This document shows positions 11,511 to 21,541 of a stretch of DNA of 64,000 nt, piece by piece. The stretch's first letter is position 1. Each line of letters starts with the position of its first letter. The notes below the pieces were generated by a model, which was given only the letters and a program-made list of their open reading frames with translations, did no database searches and was not told the DNA's origin. The translations under genes were made by a program, and so were the position numbers. Source of the DNA: an uncultured Acidobacteriota bacterium (GTDB lineage: Bacteria; Acidobacteriota; Thermoanaerobaculia; UBA5066; Gp7-AA6); NCBI GenBank assembly GCA_963782815.1, contig CAWALG010000032.1:65072-129071 (forward strand), given 5' to 3'.

Positions 11511-12906
11511 TCAGTCCCTGCCCGCGTCGATCGGCAGCGTCACGCTGAACTGCGTGTGCCCGGGGCGGGAATCGACCTCGATCTCTCCGCGGTGGCGGAG
11601 CACGATGCGCCGCGCGATGTCCAGGCCGAGACCGGTGCCCTGGCCGACCGGCTTCGTCGTGAAGAAAGGATCGAAGATGCGCTCGCGAATCTCCGGCGGC
11701 AACCCCGGTCCATCGTCGACGACTCGCACGACGACGGAATGGCCATGACGGCCGGCGGCAACGGTGACGCGACTCCTGGCCGCGTCGAGCGCGTTGTCGA
11801 CCAGATTCGCCCACACCTGGTTGAGCTCGCCGCCGAACCCCTGGATCCGCGGAAGGTCGGCCTCCACGTCGAGGCTCACGCCCACCTGTTTCCCGCGGGC
11901 TTTGGCGTTGAGCACCGCGAGCGTATCGGCCAGCCCCTGGCCGACATCCACGGGTTTGGGCATGGTCGCCTGGTCCATGTAGGTGAAGCCCTTCACCGCG
12001 GTAACGAGTTTGTGGATCCTGGACGCGGCCGCCTCGATCTCCGATGCCAGCTGGTGCGTTGCGCAGCCGACCACGAGCCAGGGCAGGGTCGCATGGAGCG
12101 CCTCGCCGTCGAGCGATTCCGCGAGCTGGTCGAGCGCGTCGAGCGTTACCGCGGACTCCGCCAGCGCTTCGGCGGCGGCGACATCGGCGCCGTGACGCGT
12201 CAGCCAGCCGGCGATGGCGTCTTCACGGTCCGCTTGCTCGATGGGCGAGCGCCCGAACTTCGCCGCCCGCCGCGGCAAGGCAGAGCTCGCGTGCTCGGTC
12301 GACGGCGGCCTGCTGCGCCTGCGACAATCGCGCGGCGCCGAGCGCGCGGGACGCCGATTCGACCTCCGACAACCGGAGCTTGAGTCCCTGGGCGCTCCGC
12401 GCGACTGCCGAAGCAGGGTTATTCAACTCGTGCGCGAGCCCCGCCGCCAGCTTGCCAAGGGACATCATCTTTTCTTCTTGAAGGTCGCTCGACGTGAAAA
12501 CGCGGGCGCGGTCGACCATGACATGCACGAAAATCGAGGTGAGCTCGTAGCAGTCGCGAATCAGCGCCGGCATCTCCTCGCGGGGGATCAGCAGGAGCTC
12601 GGTCGGCACCTCGGCCTTCACGTCGCCCGGCGGCGCCACGAGACGCGAGTACGGCAGGAGCCCGGTCACATCGCCCCCATGCCACTCCATGACCTTGTGC
12701 GGCCCGGCGCCCCGGTCGATGTGAATCGACAGGTGGCCGGAAAGGACGATGTACAGGCCAAGCACCGGTCCGGTCTTCGGCGTGAGCACGACTCCCGTCT
12801 CCAATTGGACCAGGCGGCCGCGGGCGGCGAGCCAGGCCAGCTGCTCGGGCGGCGCGCCGACGAGCAGCCGGTGCGCAGCCAAACGATCTTGAATCGACTG
12901 TTCCAA
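11511..12906 (-). CDS. sensor histidine kinase with N-terminal cyclic-nucleotide-binding-like domain (one frame change)
   Basis: cNMP-like beta-roll (GLYIVLSGHLSIH), H-box GLAHELNNPAS, N/G boxes NLVDNALDA, DDGPGLP, GTGLGL. Shift near 12262. Its stop is 1 nt from the RR-fusion start. Confidence 0.85.
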
Positions 12907-12945
12907 CTTGATGCCTCAATGGCAAGTTATACATCGACCGGCTCT

Positions 12946-13865
12946 TCAGGCGCGGCCGCTTCCCTTCCTTTCCTCCAGCTCCTCGAGCGTCTTCGGCCAG
13001 TCGCCTCTCATGAGTTGAGAGAGCGCCCGGTCGGCCAGGAGCTTTCCTCCCGTCTGGCAGGTCGCGCAGTAGTTGGATTCGTTCGCGGCGTAGACGATCC
13101 GCTGGACCGGCGAGCCGCAGACGGGACAGGGCTCGCCGTAACGGCCGTGAACGGCCATCCCCTCGCGGAACGCCGTGACCTTCTCGGGGAAGGCCTTGCG
13201 CGGCCTCGCCGCGACGAACCGGCCGGCCCAGCCTTCGAGCGTCTCCCGCGTCGCGCGGTGGAGCCGCTCGATCTCCTCCTCCTCAGCCGGCTCGTCAGCT
13301 TCGCCGGCGAGAGCCGCGCGCGGTGAAGGATCTCGTCGGAGTAGGCGTTGCCGATCCCGGAAAAGAGGCGCGGATCCGTCAGGGCCCGCTTGACCGTGTG
13401 GTTCTCGCGCGTCAGCGCCTCGCGGAAGGCGGGCAGGTCCGCCTCGAGCGGCTCGATCCCGCCGCGGTCGAACTGCCGCGAGGGCCTTCTCCCCGGCGAC
13501 CAGATGGAGCGAGGCCCGCTTCTTCGTGCTCGCCTCCGTCAGGAGAAGAGTTCCGTTCTCGAAATCGAAGGCCGCGAGCGCCGATCCTTCCGGCGACCTT
13601 CGCGCCGCGCGTGCTTCCAGTGCAGGCGCCCGGAGATCATCAGGTGCAGCACGAGAAAGAGATCGCCCTCCAGCTCGAAGACGATCCGCTTGCCCGATCC
13701 GGCGAAGCGCCGACGACTCTCTTGCCCTGCCGCCTCTGAGCAGCGGCGGATCGACCGAGCGCACGAGAAACGGGACTCGCGACGCGGATCGCCTCGAGCC
13801 GCTCGTCCGACGACCCGGGGCTCGAGCGCCTCGAGATAGGCGACGATGTCCGGCAGCTCCGGCAC
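12946..13865 (-). CDS. Fpg/Nei family DNA glycosylase (several frame changes)
   Basis: MPELPDIV N-terminus, [25 protein letters not shown]-terminal zinc finger [13 protein letters not shown]. Confidence 0.75.
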
Positions 13866-13905
13866 GCGAGCAGCTTACCGCCGGCGTCCCTCCTGAAGCC
13901 GAGGA

Positions 13906-15093
13906 CTAGAGAGAATTCAGGAACCCGAGGAGACGGGCCTTCGGGCCGGAGCGGGAGGGCGGCGAAGCGGTCGCGCGACTTCTTGCCCTGGCCGTCGTGC
14001 GCGAGGATTGCCTGCTCGATCGTCGTCGCGCGGCCGTCGTGGAGGAGCGTTGTCTCTTTGCGCAGGCCCCAGAGCGGCGCCGTGCGCATCAGGCGCCCGG
14101 TCGCCCGGTTCTGCGTGATCCCGTCACCGAGCGATCCCATGTCGTGGAGCAGAAAGTCGGAGTAAGGGTGGAACGTCACGCGGTCGAGCGCCCTGACGGT
14201 GTTGGGACCCGTCCTCAGGCCGGCGTGTGGCACGACGCGCACCCGGCCAGCACGAAGAGAACCTCCCCCGAGGGGATCCCGCCGCCGGCGTCCGGAGCCG
14301 CGCGGAGGCGGCGCCAGCATCGTCATGAAGTCCGCGAGAGCCTGGACCGCGTCGTCGCCGTCGTTCAACCCGGGCGCGGGATTGCAGGAGAGGGCCCCGC
14401 AGTCTCCCTGCGGGCAGTTCTCGTCGGGGAACTGAGGGGTCGTGATCCCCATCTCATTCAGGTAGGCGTCTCCGGCGAACTGGTGGAGAGTGGGAACCTG
14501 CGCCTTCCAGCCGAATCGGCCGACGTCGGGGCCGCCGGTCGTCAGGTTCGTGACGACGCTGACCACCCCCCCGGCCCCATCCGGATCGAGCCTCTCCAGC
14601 GCGGCGAGCGCGCGGAAGACATCGTCCGGGACGGCATCGACGAGCCCCAGGCCGAAGAGCGGCGTGGACCGGCGTCCCGCGACGATCGTGGCCTGCGGAG
14701 GCACGATCTCCGCGAGGTAGCTGCAGTTTCCGTAGTAACCAATTCCCTGCGACTGGATCAGGGAACCGCCGAACTGCGCGAGGGGATCGAACTGGCCGTT
14801 CGTCATCTTCCCGAAGCGGGTTTCCAGAATTGCGCTGCCTCCGCCGACGGCGGGCAGGGAGTGGCAGCTCGCGCACGAGACGTCGTTGAACACGGGCCCG
14901 AGGCCGTCCTCGACGGTCTCGACCGTCATGAATTCCGCTTTGCCGGCGTGTGAATCGCGCCCGCTCAGCCCCCGTCAAACCGGGCAGCGGATCTCCAAAG
15001 TCGGGAGCCGAGGAAGGGCTCATCGCGACAACGGCGAGGGCCGCAAGCGCGACCGCGAGACTCGCGTGACGGAGAGAAGCTCGGCTTCTTCAT
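13906..15093 (-). CDS. di-haem oxidoreductase family protein (DUF1111) (at least 3 frame changes)
   Basis: A signal peptide appears after correcting a shift (MKKPSFS..LAVALAALAVVA). DGLGPVFNDVSCASCHS haem motif, FGWKAQVPTLHQF, PYSDFLLHDMG, C-terminus LLGFLNSL*. Confidence 0.7.
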
Positions 15094-15223
15094 TGCGGCT
15101 CCTTTCGCGAACGCGCCTCCAGAGGCGTCGGGTTTCAGGGACTCGAGCGGCGCGAGTCTATCCGCGGCCAGGTTCGCAAGGGACAACTGCACGAAAGTCG
15201 AGGGTCCGTGAGGTCGCCGAGGG

Positions 15224-15258
15224 CCCCCTCACCCCGGCCCTCTCCCGCCGGGAGAGGG
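15224..15258. repeat. GC-rich REP-like palindromic element, copy 4 (forward orientation)
   Basis: ccccctcaccccggccctctcccgccgggagaggg. Supplies the last ~10 codons (DLSPPSPGGRGPG) and the stop of the GNAT gene. Confidence 0.85.
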
Positions 15259-15803
15259 AGGAGAGAGGTCGCGCGTCATGCGGGCCAGGGGGAAACGGAC
15301 GCCGTCGGGGAGCTCCAGCTCGTGGCGCTCCAGGAGGATGAAGCCCTCGCGCTCGTAGAAGGGGATGCCGGGGAGGGTCGCCATGAGCTCGAGCCGGCGG
15401 AAGCCGTCGGCTCTCGCCGCGCGCTCGCATTCCTGGAGGAGCAAGCGCGCCCAGGCCGCGGCGCGCCCAGTCGGGATGGACGAAGAAGGCGCGGATGCGC
15501 GCGGCTTCGGTCTTGCGGATCGAGCCGGTCGTCGGACCGGTCGGCGTACTGGTCTCCGCCGAAAAGCGTCCGGCGGCGGCTCCACCCCCGCACGCCACGG
15601 GCCTGCCCCCGCCTCGACGACGTAGTAGGTGCCGTCCTCGATCAGGCGGGTATCCATGCCGAAGACGTGCCGCAGGGAGCTCGCGAGTTGCTCGGGCGAG
15701 TAGTCACCTCCTGAGAGACCCAGGACCGACTGCCGCATGAGCGCGGTGAGCCTCTCGACGTCCGCCGGGACCGCCGGCGCAGACGGAGATCCTGCAGAGT
15801 CAT
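15229..15803 (-). CDS. GNAT family N-acetyltransferase (several frame changes)
   Basis: MTLQDLRLR..PADVERLTAL, RIRAFFVHPDWARRGLG (acetyl-CoA loop), LELMATLPGIPFYEREGF, spread over frames. Confidence 0.65.
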
Positions 15804-15808
15804 CCCGA

Positions 15809-15864
15809 GCAGATCCTTCGCTTCGCTCAGGATGACAGGGAGGGAGCGAAGGGATGACAGGGGG
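15809..15864. repeat. GTCATCC..GAGCGAAGCGAAGGATC family repeat, locus a (one full plus one partial copy)
   Basis: gcagatccttcgcttcgctcaggatgacagggagggagcgaagggatgacaggggg, between the GNAT start and the ddl stop. Confidence 0.75.
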
Positions 15865-15875
15865 CCAGGAGAAGC

Positions 15876-16978
15876 TCACGTCAGCTCGGCCGGGGGCTCG
15901 TGGGAGAGGCGGTCGCGTTTCTCCTTGCGCTCGATCGCGAGGCGGATGAGCTCGTCCAGGAGCTTGGCCGAGCGGAAGGCCGGTCGCCTCCCAGAGCTTC
16001 GGGTACATGGAGATCGCGGTGAAGCCGGGGAGCGTGTTCAGCTCGTTGACGAGGACGCGGTCGTCCCGCGCTCGAGGAAGAAGTCCACGCGGGCCATGCC
16101 GGAGATCCCGGCCGCGCGGAAGGCCTTCACGGCCAGCGAGCGGACCTCTTCCGAGACCGAGTCGGAGAATGGGCGCCGGGATCAGGAGTTTCGCGTTGTC
16201 CTCGCGGTACTTGTCGTCGTAGTCGTAGAACTCGCGGCCCGGCACGACTTCGCCGACGATCGAGGCTCGCGGGTCGTCGTTGCCGAGGACGGCGCACTCC
16301 AGTTCCCGCGCGTCCACGCCTTCCTCGATGAGGACGCGGTCGTCGTAGCGGAAGGCGAGGTCCAGGGCGGGGTCGAGGTGGGGCCAGTCCTTCACTTTGG
16401 TCACGCCGACGGAGGAGCCGCCGTTGGAGGGTTTGACGAAGAGGGGGAGCGAAAAAGGAGGAGTTGGAGGCCGAAAGTTGCGCCCTCACCCCTGCCCTCT
16501 CCCGGGGGGAGAGGGTGAGGAAGCGCGTGGTGGGGATTCCGGCGTCGCGCAGGAGGGACTTGAAGACGGACTTGTCCATGCCGATGGCGGAGCCGGTGAC
16601 GCCGGCGCCGACGTAGGGAATTCCGAGGAACTCGAGAAATCCCTGGAGCATGCCGTCCTCGCCGGTCGTGCCGTGGATGATCGGGAAGACGACATCGGCC
16701 TTCGCGGGGCTGATCTCGGCCGGCACCAGCGCCTGACCGGCTTGCGCCGACGCCTCACCGGATCGAGGCAGGCGGAACTTCTCCGGGACGGGACCGGCGG
16801 CGAGGAGCCGGCGCGACTCCTCCGCGGGGAGGAAGCGCCCGTCGGGGCCGACCGCCACGGGGATCACGTCGTAGCGCGAAGGGTCGAGCGCCCCGGCGAT
16901 CGTGCGGGCGGAGATTCGCGAGACTTCCCGCTCCACGGACCGGCCTCCGAAGAGGACCACGACCCGCAGGCGGCTCAA
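15876..16978 (-). CDS. ddl: D-alanine--D-alanine ligase (at least 3 frame changes, REP-like element inside)
   Basis: RVVVLFGGRSVEREVS, FPIIHGTTGEDGMLQGFLE, PLFVKPSNGGSSVG, ELECAVLGN, VNELNTLPGFT, LDELIRLAIERK. TTG start. Confidence 0.85.
16483..16520. repeat. GC-rich REP-like palindromic element, copy 5 (inside the ddl coding region)
   Basis: ccctcacccctgccctctcccggggggagagggtgagg, the most symmetric copy. Read as ..LSPRERAGVRA.. in the ddl frame. Confidence 0.85.
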
Positions 16979-16982
16979 ACGA

Positions 16983-18560
16983 TCACCAGGTTACGACTCG
17001 GACGTCCTCGATCGCCGGCGCCCGGCGGAGGCGCTCGAGCGCCTCCCGAGGGGGAACGGAATCCACCGCGATCACCGCGGCCGCCTTCGCGCCGTCTCCG
17101 CGGGCGAGCGCGAACCCCGCGATATTGATCCCCGCCTCGCCGAGCGCGGTCCCGACCGTCCCGACGACGCCGGGCACGTCCTGATTTCGCACGAAGACGA
17201 CCGTGCCCTCGGGATGGAACTCGAGCGGCAGCCCGTCCACCTTGACGACCCGGGCGTCCTTGCCGGAGTAGAGCGTCGCATCCGCGTTCACCGTCGACCC
17301 GGGCCCGGCGACCGTGACGCGGATCGAGCGCACGTAGTTGCCCGGATCCTCATGGCGGGTCATCACGACCGAGAGGCCCCGCTCCTTGGCGACGACGAGC
17401 GCGTTGACGAAGTTGACGGGCTCCGGCACGCGCCCTTCCAGAACGCCCTTCGCCGCGGCGACGCCGACCGGGCGCAGCAGGTCCTCCGGCAGGCCCCACG
17501 TTTCGACCGAGACGGACGTGGCGCCGTCCGCGCCGATCGCCAGGAGGAAGTGGGCGGACCGCTCCGCCAGCCGCATCCAGGCCGCCGCTCCGGACGGGTC
17601 GGCCGGGCCCCGGAACGGAAGGTTCACCGCGGGCACGTAGGTCGCGCCGGCCAGGGCGTCGGCGACCGCCTCGACGGTCTGCAGGGAGACGCGCTCCTGC
17701 GCCTCGACGGTCGAAGCGCCCAGGTGCGGCGTCGCGACGACGTTGGGAAGCTTGAAGAGCGGATCGTTCGGATCGGGCGGCTCGGGATCGAAGACGTCGA
17801 GCGCGGCCCCCGCGAGATGCCCGGAGGCGAGGATGTCGTGGAGGGCTTGCCGGTCCACGAGCTTGCCTCGCCCGACGTTCAAGAGGATCGCGCCCTTCTT
17901 CATGAGCGAAAGCTCTTCCCGGCCGAGGATCGGCTTGCCTCCCGCGGCGACGGTGGCGTGAAGCGTGACGATGTCGGCCGCCTGCAGGAGCTCCGGGAGC
18001 CCCATGAGCTCGACCCCCATCTCCCGGGCGCGGTCGGGCAGCAGGAACGGGTCGTGGCCGATGACCTTCGCCTCGAACGCGCGCGCCCGGGCCGCCACGC
18101 GCGAGCCGACCTGTCCCATGCCGATGATGCCGAGGGTCTTTCCCGAGAGCTCGCTCCCGACGAACTTCGACTTCTCCCACTTCCCCGACGCCATCGAGGA
18201 GGCGGCCGCCGGGACGCGGCGCAGCAGCGAAAAGAGGAGCGCGAACGTGTGCTCGACGGCCGAGACGACGTTCGCGGTCGGAGCGTTGATGACGAGCACG
18301 CCGCGCGCGGTCGCCGCCGGGACGTCCACGTTGTCCACTCCGACCCCGGCGCGGCCGACGACGATGAGCCTGGGGGCCGCGTCGAGGAGGGCCTTGTCCA
18401 CCTTGGTCGCGCTCCGGACGAGGAGCGCGTCCGCGTCCGCGAGCGCCGCGACGAGCTTCTCGCGCGGCGCGCCCCCCAGGTTGACGACCTCGTGCCCCGC
18501 CTCCCTCAGCTTCTGGAGGCCGCTCTCATCCATCTTGTCGGCAACAACAACTTTGCTCAT
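16983..18560 (-). CDS. serA: D-3-phosphoglycerate dehydrogenase
   Basis: Intact 525 aa. NAD motif GIIGMGQVGSRVA, catalytic region, C-terminal ACT domain. Confidence 0.9.
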   Translation of the reverse strand: MSKVVVADKMDESGLQKLREAGHEVVNLGGAPREKLVAALADADALLVRSATKVDKALLDAAPRLIVVGRAGVGVDNVDVPAATARGVLVINAPTANVVSAVEHTFALLFSLLRRVPAAASSMASGKWEKSKFVGSELSGKTLGIIGMGQVGSRVAARARAFEAKVIGHDPFLLPDRAREMGVELMGLPELLQAADIVTLHATVAAGGKPILGREELSLMKKGAILLNVGRGKLVDRQALHDILASGHLAGAALDVFDPEPPDPNDPLFKLPNVVATPHLGASTVEAQERVSLQTVEAVADALAGATYVPAVNLPFRGPADPSGAAAWMRLAERSAHFLLAIGADGATSVSVETWGLPEDLLRPVGVAAAKGVLEGRVPEPVNFVNALVVAKERGLSVVMTRHEDPGNYVRSIRVTVAGPGSTVNADATLYSGKDARVVKVDGLPLEFHPEGTVVFVRNQDVPGVVGTVGTALGEAGINIAGFALARGDGAKAAAVIAVDSVPPREALERLRRAPAIEDVRVVTW

Positions 18561-19243
18561 GCGTGGAAAGGTAAGCTTACAGCCCGCGCCGGCCTAGGTG
18601 CATTCTCATCAATCCAGGCGGGCAACCGCGCCAGGGAATCGAGAAGGGCATCGCGGTCCGCTCCGAGAAGCTCCTCCCGCGTGCGCGAGCCGGACGGCAC
18701 GAGGACGACGCGGCAGCCGGCTGCCCTGGCAAATTCCGAGTCCACTTCCATGTCCCCGACGACGAGCGTGTCGCCGGGCGGCGAGGCGACGGCCGCCATC
18801 AGCCGCCGGAGCATCGTCGGATCGGGCTTGGTCGGCGTCTCGCCGTCCGGCCCGGCGACCGCCCCGAAGAAATGGGCGACGCCGAGCGCCTCGAGGATCA
18901 TCCGCGAGAACCTCTCCGGCTTGTTCGAGGCGACCGCCATCGGATGGCCGCGTTCGGCCAGCTTCGCGAGGACCTCGGGCACGTCCGGCAGCAGGCGCGA
19001 CTTCTCGACGGCCACGGCCGGATAGCGCTCGCGGAAGAGCCGGACTCCTTCGAGAGCCCGCGCCGGGCCGACCGCCTTCCCGAGGAGCCTCTCGATTCCG
19101 TGACCGACCAGGACGCGCACCGCCTCGGGAGGCAGCGGCGGCTCCCCGAGGCGTTCCATCGCGTAGGCGAGCGCGTCTCCGATCGCGTCGTATCCGTCGA
19201 TGAGAGTCCCGTCCAGGTCGAAAACGACGAATGGCTTCGTCAT
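18557..19243 (-). CDS. HAD family hydrolase (phosphoglycolate phosphatase-like)
   Basis: Intact 228 aa. Motif I FDLDGTLID, ASNKP, GDMEVD. 4-nt overlap with serA. Confidence 0.8.
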   Translation of the reverse strand: MTKPFVVFDLDGTLIDGYDAIGDALAYAMERLGEPPLPPEAVRVLVGHGIERLLGKAVGPARALEGVRLFRERYPAVAVEKSRLLPDVPEVLAKLAERGHPMAVASNKPERFSRMILEALGVAHFFGAVAGPDGETPTKPDPTMLRRLMAAVASPPGDTLVVGDMEVDSEFARAAGCRVVLVPSGSRTREELLGADRDALLDSLARLPAWIDENAPRPARAVSLPFHA

Positions 19244-19247
19244 TCGC

Positions 19248-19326
19248 GTGAGGCGTCAGGCGTCAGGCGTCAGGCGAAGCACCGGATTCTCACAACTCGC
19301 CTAACGCCTTACGCCTCACGCCTTAC
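19248..19326. repeat. heptad-repeat hairpin L1: 4 x GTNAGGC, 23-nt spacer, 4 x GCCTNAC
   Basis: gtgaggc gtcaggc gtcaggc gtcaggc ... gcctaac gccttac gcctcac gccttac. The mobB stop codon lies in the third right-arm heptad. Confidence 0.85.
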
Positions 19327-19798
19327 GGCCCCGGTCGAGGCCGGCGAGACGCAAGACGGTGGCGACGATGCCCTGGACGTCGCCGAACGCATGCGTGGGA
19401 AGGTCGTCTTCGGGCGGCTGGTCGGAGACGCGAGCGAGGGCTCCCTCGATCCGCGGGCGGGCGGCCCGCGCCCGTGTCACCTCGATCTTGGGCATCGGGA
19501 GGAACTTGAACCCCTCGACCAGGACGAGATCGCAGTCGGCGAAGTCGCGCGCGAGGAGGTCGTCGAGCCGCTCCTCCTGTCCGAACCTCCGGGCGGTCTC
19601 CCGCGCCGGCGTGACGAAGGCGGAGACCGCGGCGCCCGAAGTCGCGTGCAGGTGCGAGTCCTTGCCCGCCACGTCGTCCTCGGCGTCCTTGGAGCTGTGC
19701 TTGATCGTGCCGACCCGGAGGCCTCTCGCGGTCAGCCAGGGAACGAGCTCCACGATCAGCGTCGTCTTTCCCGATTCGTGGCCGCCGACGAAGGCCAC
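19316..19798 (-). CDS. mobB: molybdopterin-guanine dinucleotide biosynthesis protein B
   Basis: 160-aa ORF. Walker A GGHESGKTT, VLVEGFK. N-terminus uncertain. Confidence 0.75.
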   Translation of the reverse strand: MAFVGGHESGKTTLIVELVPWLTARGLRVGTIKHSSKDAEDDVAGKDSHLHATSGAAVSAFVTPARETARRFGQEERLDDLLARDFADCDLVLVEGFKFLPMPKIEVTRARAARPRIEGALARVSDQPPEDDLPTHAFGDVQGIVATVLRLAGLDRGRKA

Positions 19799-21041
19799 CG
19801 GCGGCCGGCTTGTGGTCCGGATAGAGCAGATGCGGCTCGCGCCGCGGGAGAAACTCCCTCGCTCCCGCGTCGTGCCTGGCGATCTCCGGAGTCAGGTCGT
19901 CTCCCCTTTCGACGAGCTCGCGGTACCGGGGCGAGCCCGTCAGGAGGTCGATCGCCGGCCGCGGGTCGAACTCGTACGGCTCGGTCCGCCAGCGAAAGCG
20001 GTCCCGGTCGAGCCGGCGCGCGGTTTCGATCACTCTCATTCCGGTCTCGAAGGACCGAAAGCCGCGCCGGTGGACGGCCGCTCCCGGCCGCGGCGAAGGA
20101 TGCCGGCCGAAGCGCTGCTCGCGCCCCGTCACGTGCATCATCGCGCCGCCGACGGTCTGTCCCGCGTGCTTGTCGAACATCGGCCGGAAGTGAACGGGCA
20201 CGAACGACACTCCCGGGAGCTCGAGCGCGTTGAGCTCGCCGGTGAACGCGACCGCGTCCAGCCAGGGCGCGCCGAAGATTTCGAAGGGGCGCGTCGTGCC
20301 CCTCCCCTCCGAAAGGTTCGTTCCTTCGAGAAGACACATCCCCGGGTAGACGAGAGCCGTCCCCGGCGAGGGGATGTTGGGCGAAGGCGAGACCCAGGGG
20401 AGCCCCGTCGCGGCAAAGTCCATGTCCCGGGCCCAGCCGGACATCGCGCAGACGGCGACGTCCACGTCCAGGTTCTTTTCCGACGCGAGCAATCGCGCCA
20501 TCTCGCCGGCCGTCATCCCGTGGCGGACCGGCACCGGGTGCATCCCGACGAACGAGAGGTACTCCTCCTCCTGGGGCGCGCCTTCGGTCTCCCCCCCGAT
20601 CGGGTTCGGACGATCGCAGACGACGAGCCTCTTTCCCGACTCGGCGCACGCCTCCATCGCCAGCATCATCGTCCAGATGTACGTGTAGTAACGGGCGCCG
20701 ACGTCCGCGACGTCGAAGACGAGGGCGTCCAGGTCCGCCAGGTCCTCGCGGCGGGGCTTCAGGGATTCGCGTGTCGCGCCGTAGAGCGAGACCGACGGAA
20801 TGCCGGTCGGAGCGTGGATCGAGTTGCCGACCGCCTCCATGTAGACCGCTCCCCCGTCCACGCCGTGCTCGGGGCCGAAGAGGCGAACGAGCCGCGCGTC
20901 CTTCAATTGCGCGAGGGCCTTCCAGCCCGGCACTCCCTCGGACGTGACGCCCGAAGGGTTCGTGATGAGACCGAAGCGCTTTCCCGCGATCGGCGACGGG
21001 TCGGCCAGGAGGTGATCGATTCCGCAGAGGACTCTTCTCAC
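19799..21041 (-). CDS. DUF1343 domain protein (NamZ-like family); 3' end unresolved
   Basis: In-frame part of ORF 19323..21863: GLITNPSGV, RLFGPEHG, DVGARYYTYIWTM, CDRPNPIGG. The GTG start overlaps the moaB stop (GTGA). No in-frame stop before mobB. Confidence 0.7.
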
Positions 21042-21541
21042 GGCTTGCCCGGGTGCGCGGCCGCCTCGCCGCGCACGAGAGCGATCGCGTGAGGGAGCAG
21101 GTCCACGATCGCGCGCAGGCAGTCGGCCGCGCCTCGCGGGGATCCGGGGAGCGCGAGGACGAGGGTCTGGTCCCGCACTCCCGCGACCTGCCGCGAAAGG
21201 TAGGCCGCCGGGAAGTCCCTCCCCGTGTCGGAGCGCATCTTCTCGGCCAGGCCGGGGATCTCGAACTCGACGGCCTCCCGCACGGCCTCGGGGGTCCGGT
21301 CCCTCGGCGCCACGCCCGTGCCTCCCGTCAGGACGATCAGGTCGGCGTGGCGCGAGTAGGCCGTCATCCGGATGGCGCGCGCGATCAGCTGCCGGTCGTC
21401 CGGCAGGATCTCCCGCGAGACGATCTCGTGGACGATGCCCGACGCGCGGAGCGCCTCCTCGCAGGCGGGCCCCCCGCCATCCTCGCGCCGACCGGCCGCG
21501 ACGCCGTCGGAGACCGTCATGATCACGACCCGGATCGTCAT
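21038..21541 (-). CDS. moaB: molybdenum cofactor biosynthesis protein B (MoaB/MogA fold)
   Basis: MTIRVVIMTVSDG.., LIVLTGGTGVAPRD, LALPGSPRG. It is the C-terminal part of ORF 21038..22222. Confidence 0.8.
   Translation of the reverse strand: MTIRVVIMTVSDGVAAGRREDGGGPACEEALRASGIVHEIVSREILPDDRQLIARAIRMTAYSRHADLIVLTGGTGVAPRDRTPEAVREAVEFEIPGLAEKMRSDTGRDFPAAYLSRQVAGVRDQTLVLALPGSPRGAADCLRAIVDLLPHAIALVRGEAAAHPGKP

Noticed and set aside
12904-12925. TTGATGCCT just upstream of the histidine kinase start, identical to the left half of the island palindrome.
   Set aside because: There is no ATC(A/T) arm 8 nt away. It overlaps the TTG start codon and is probably coincidence.
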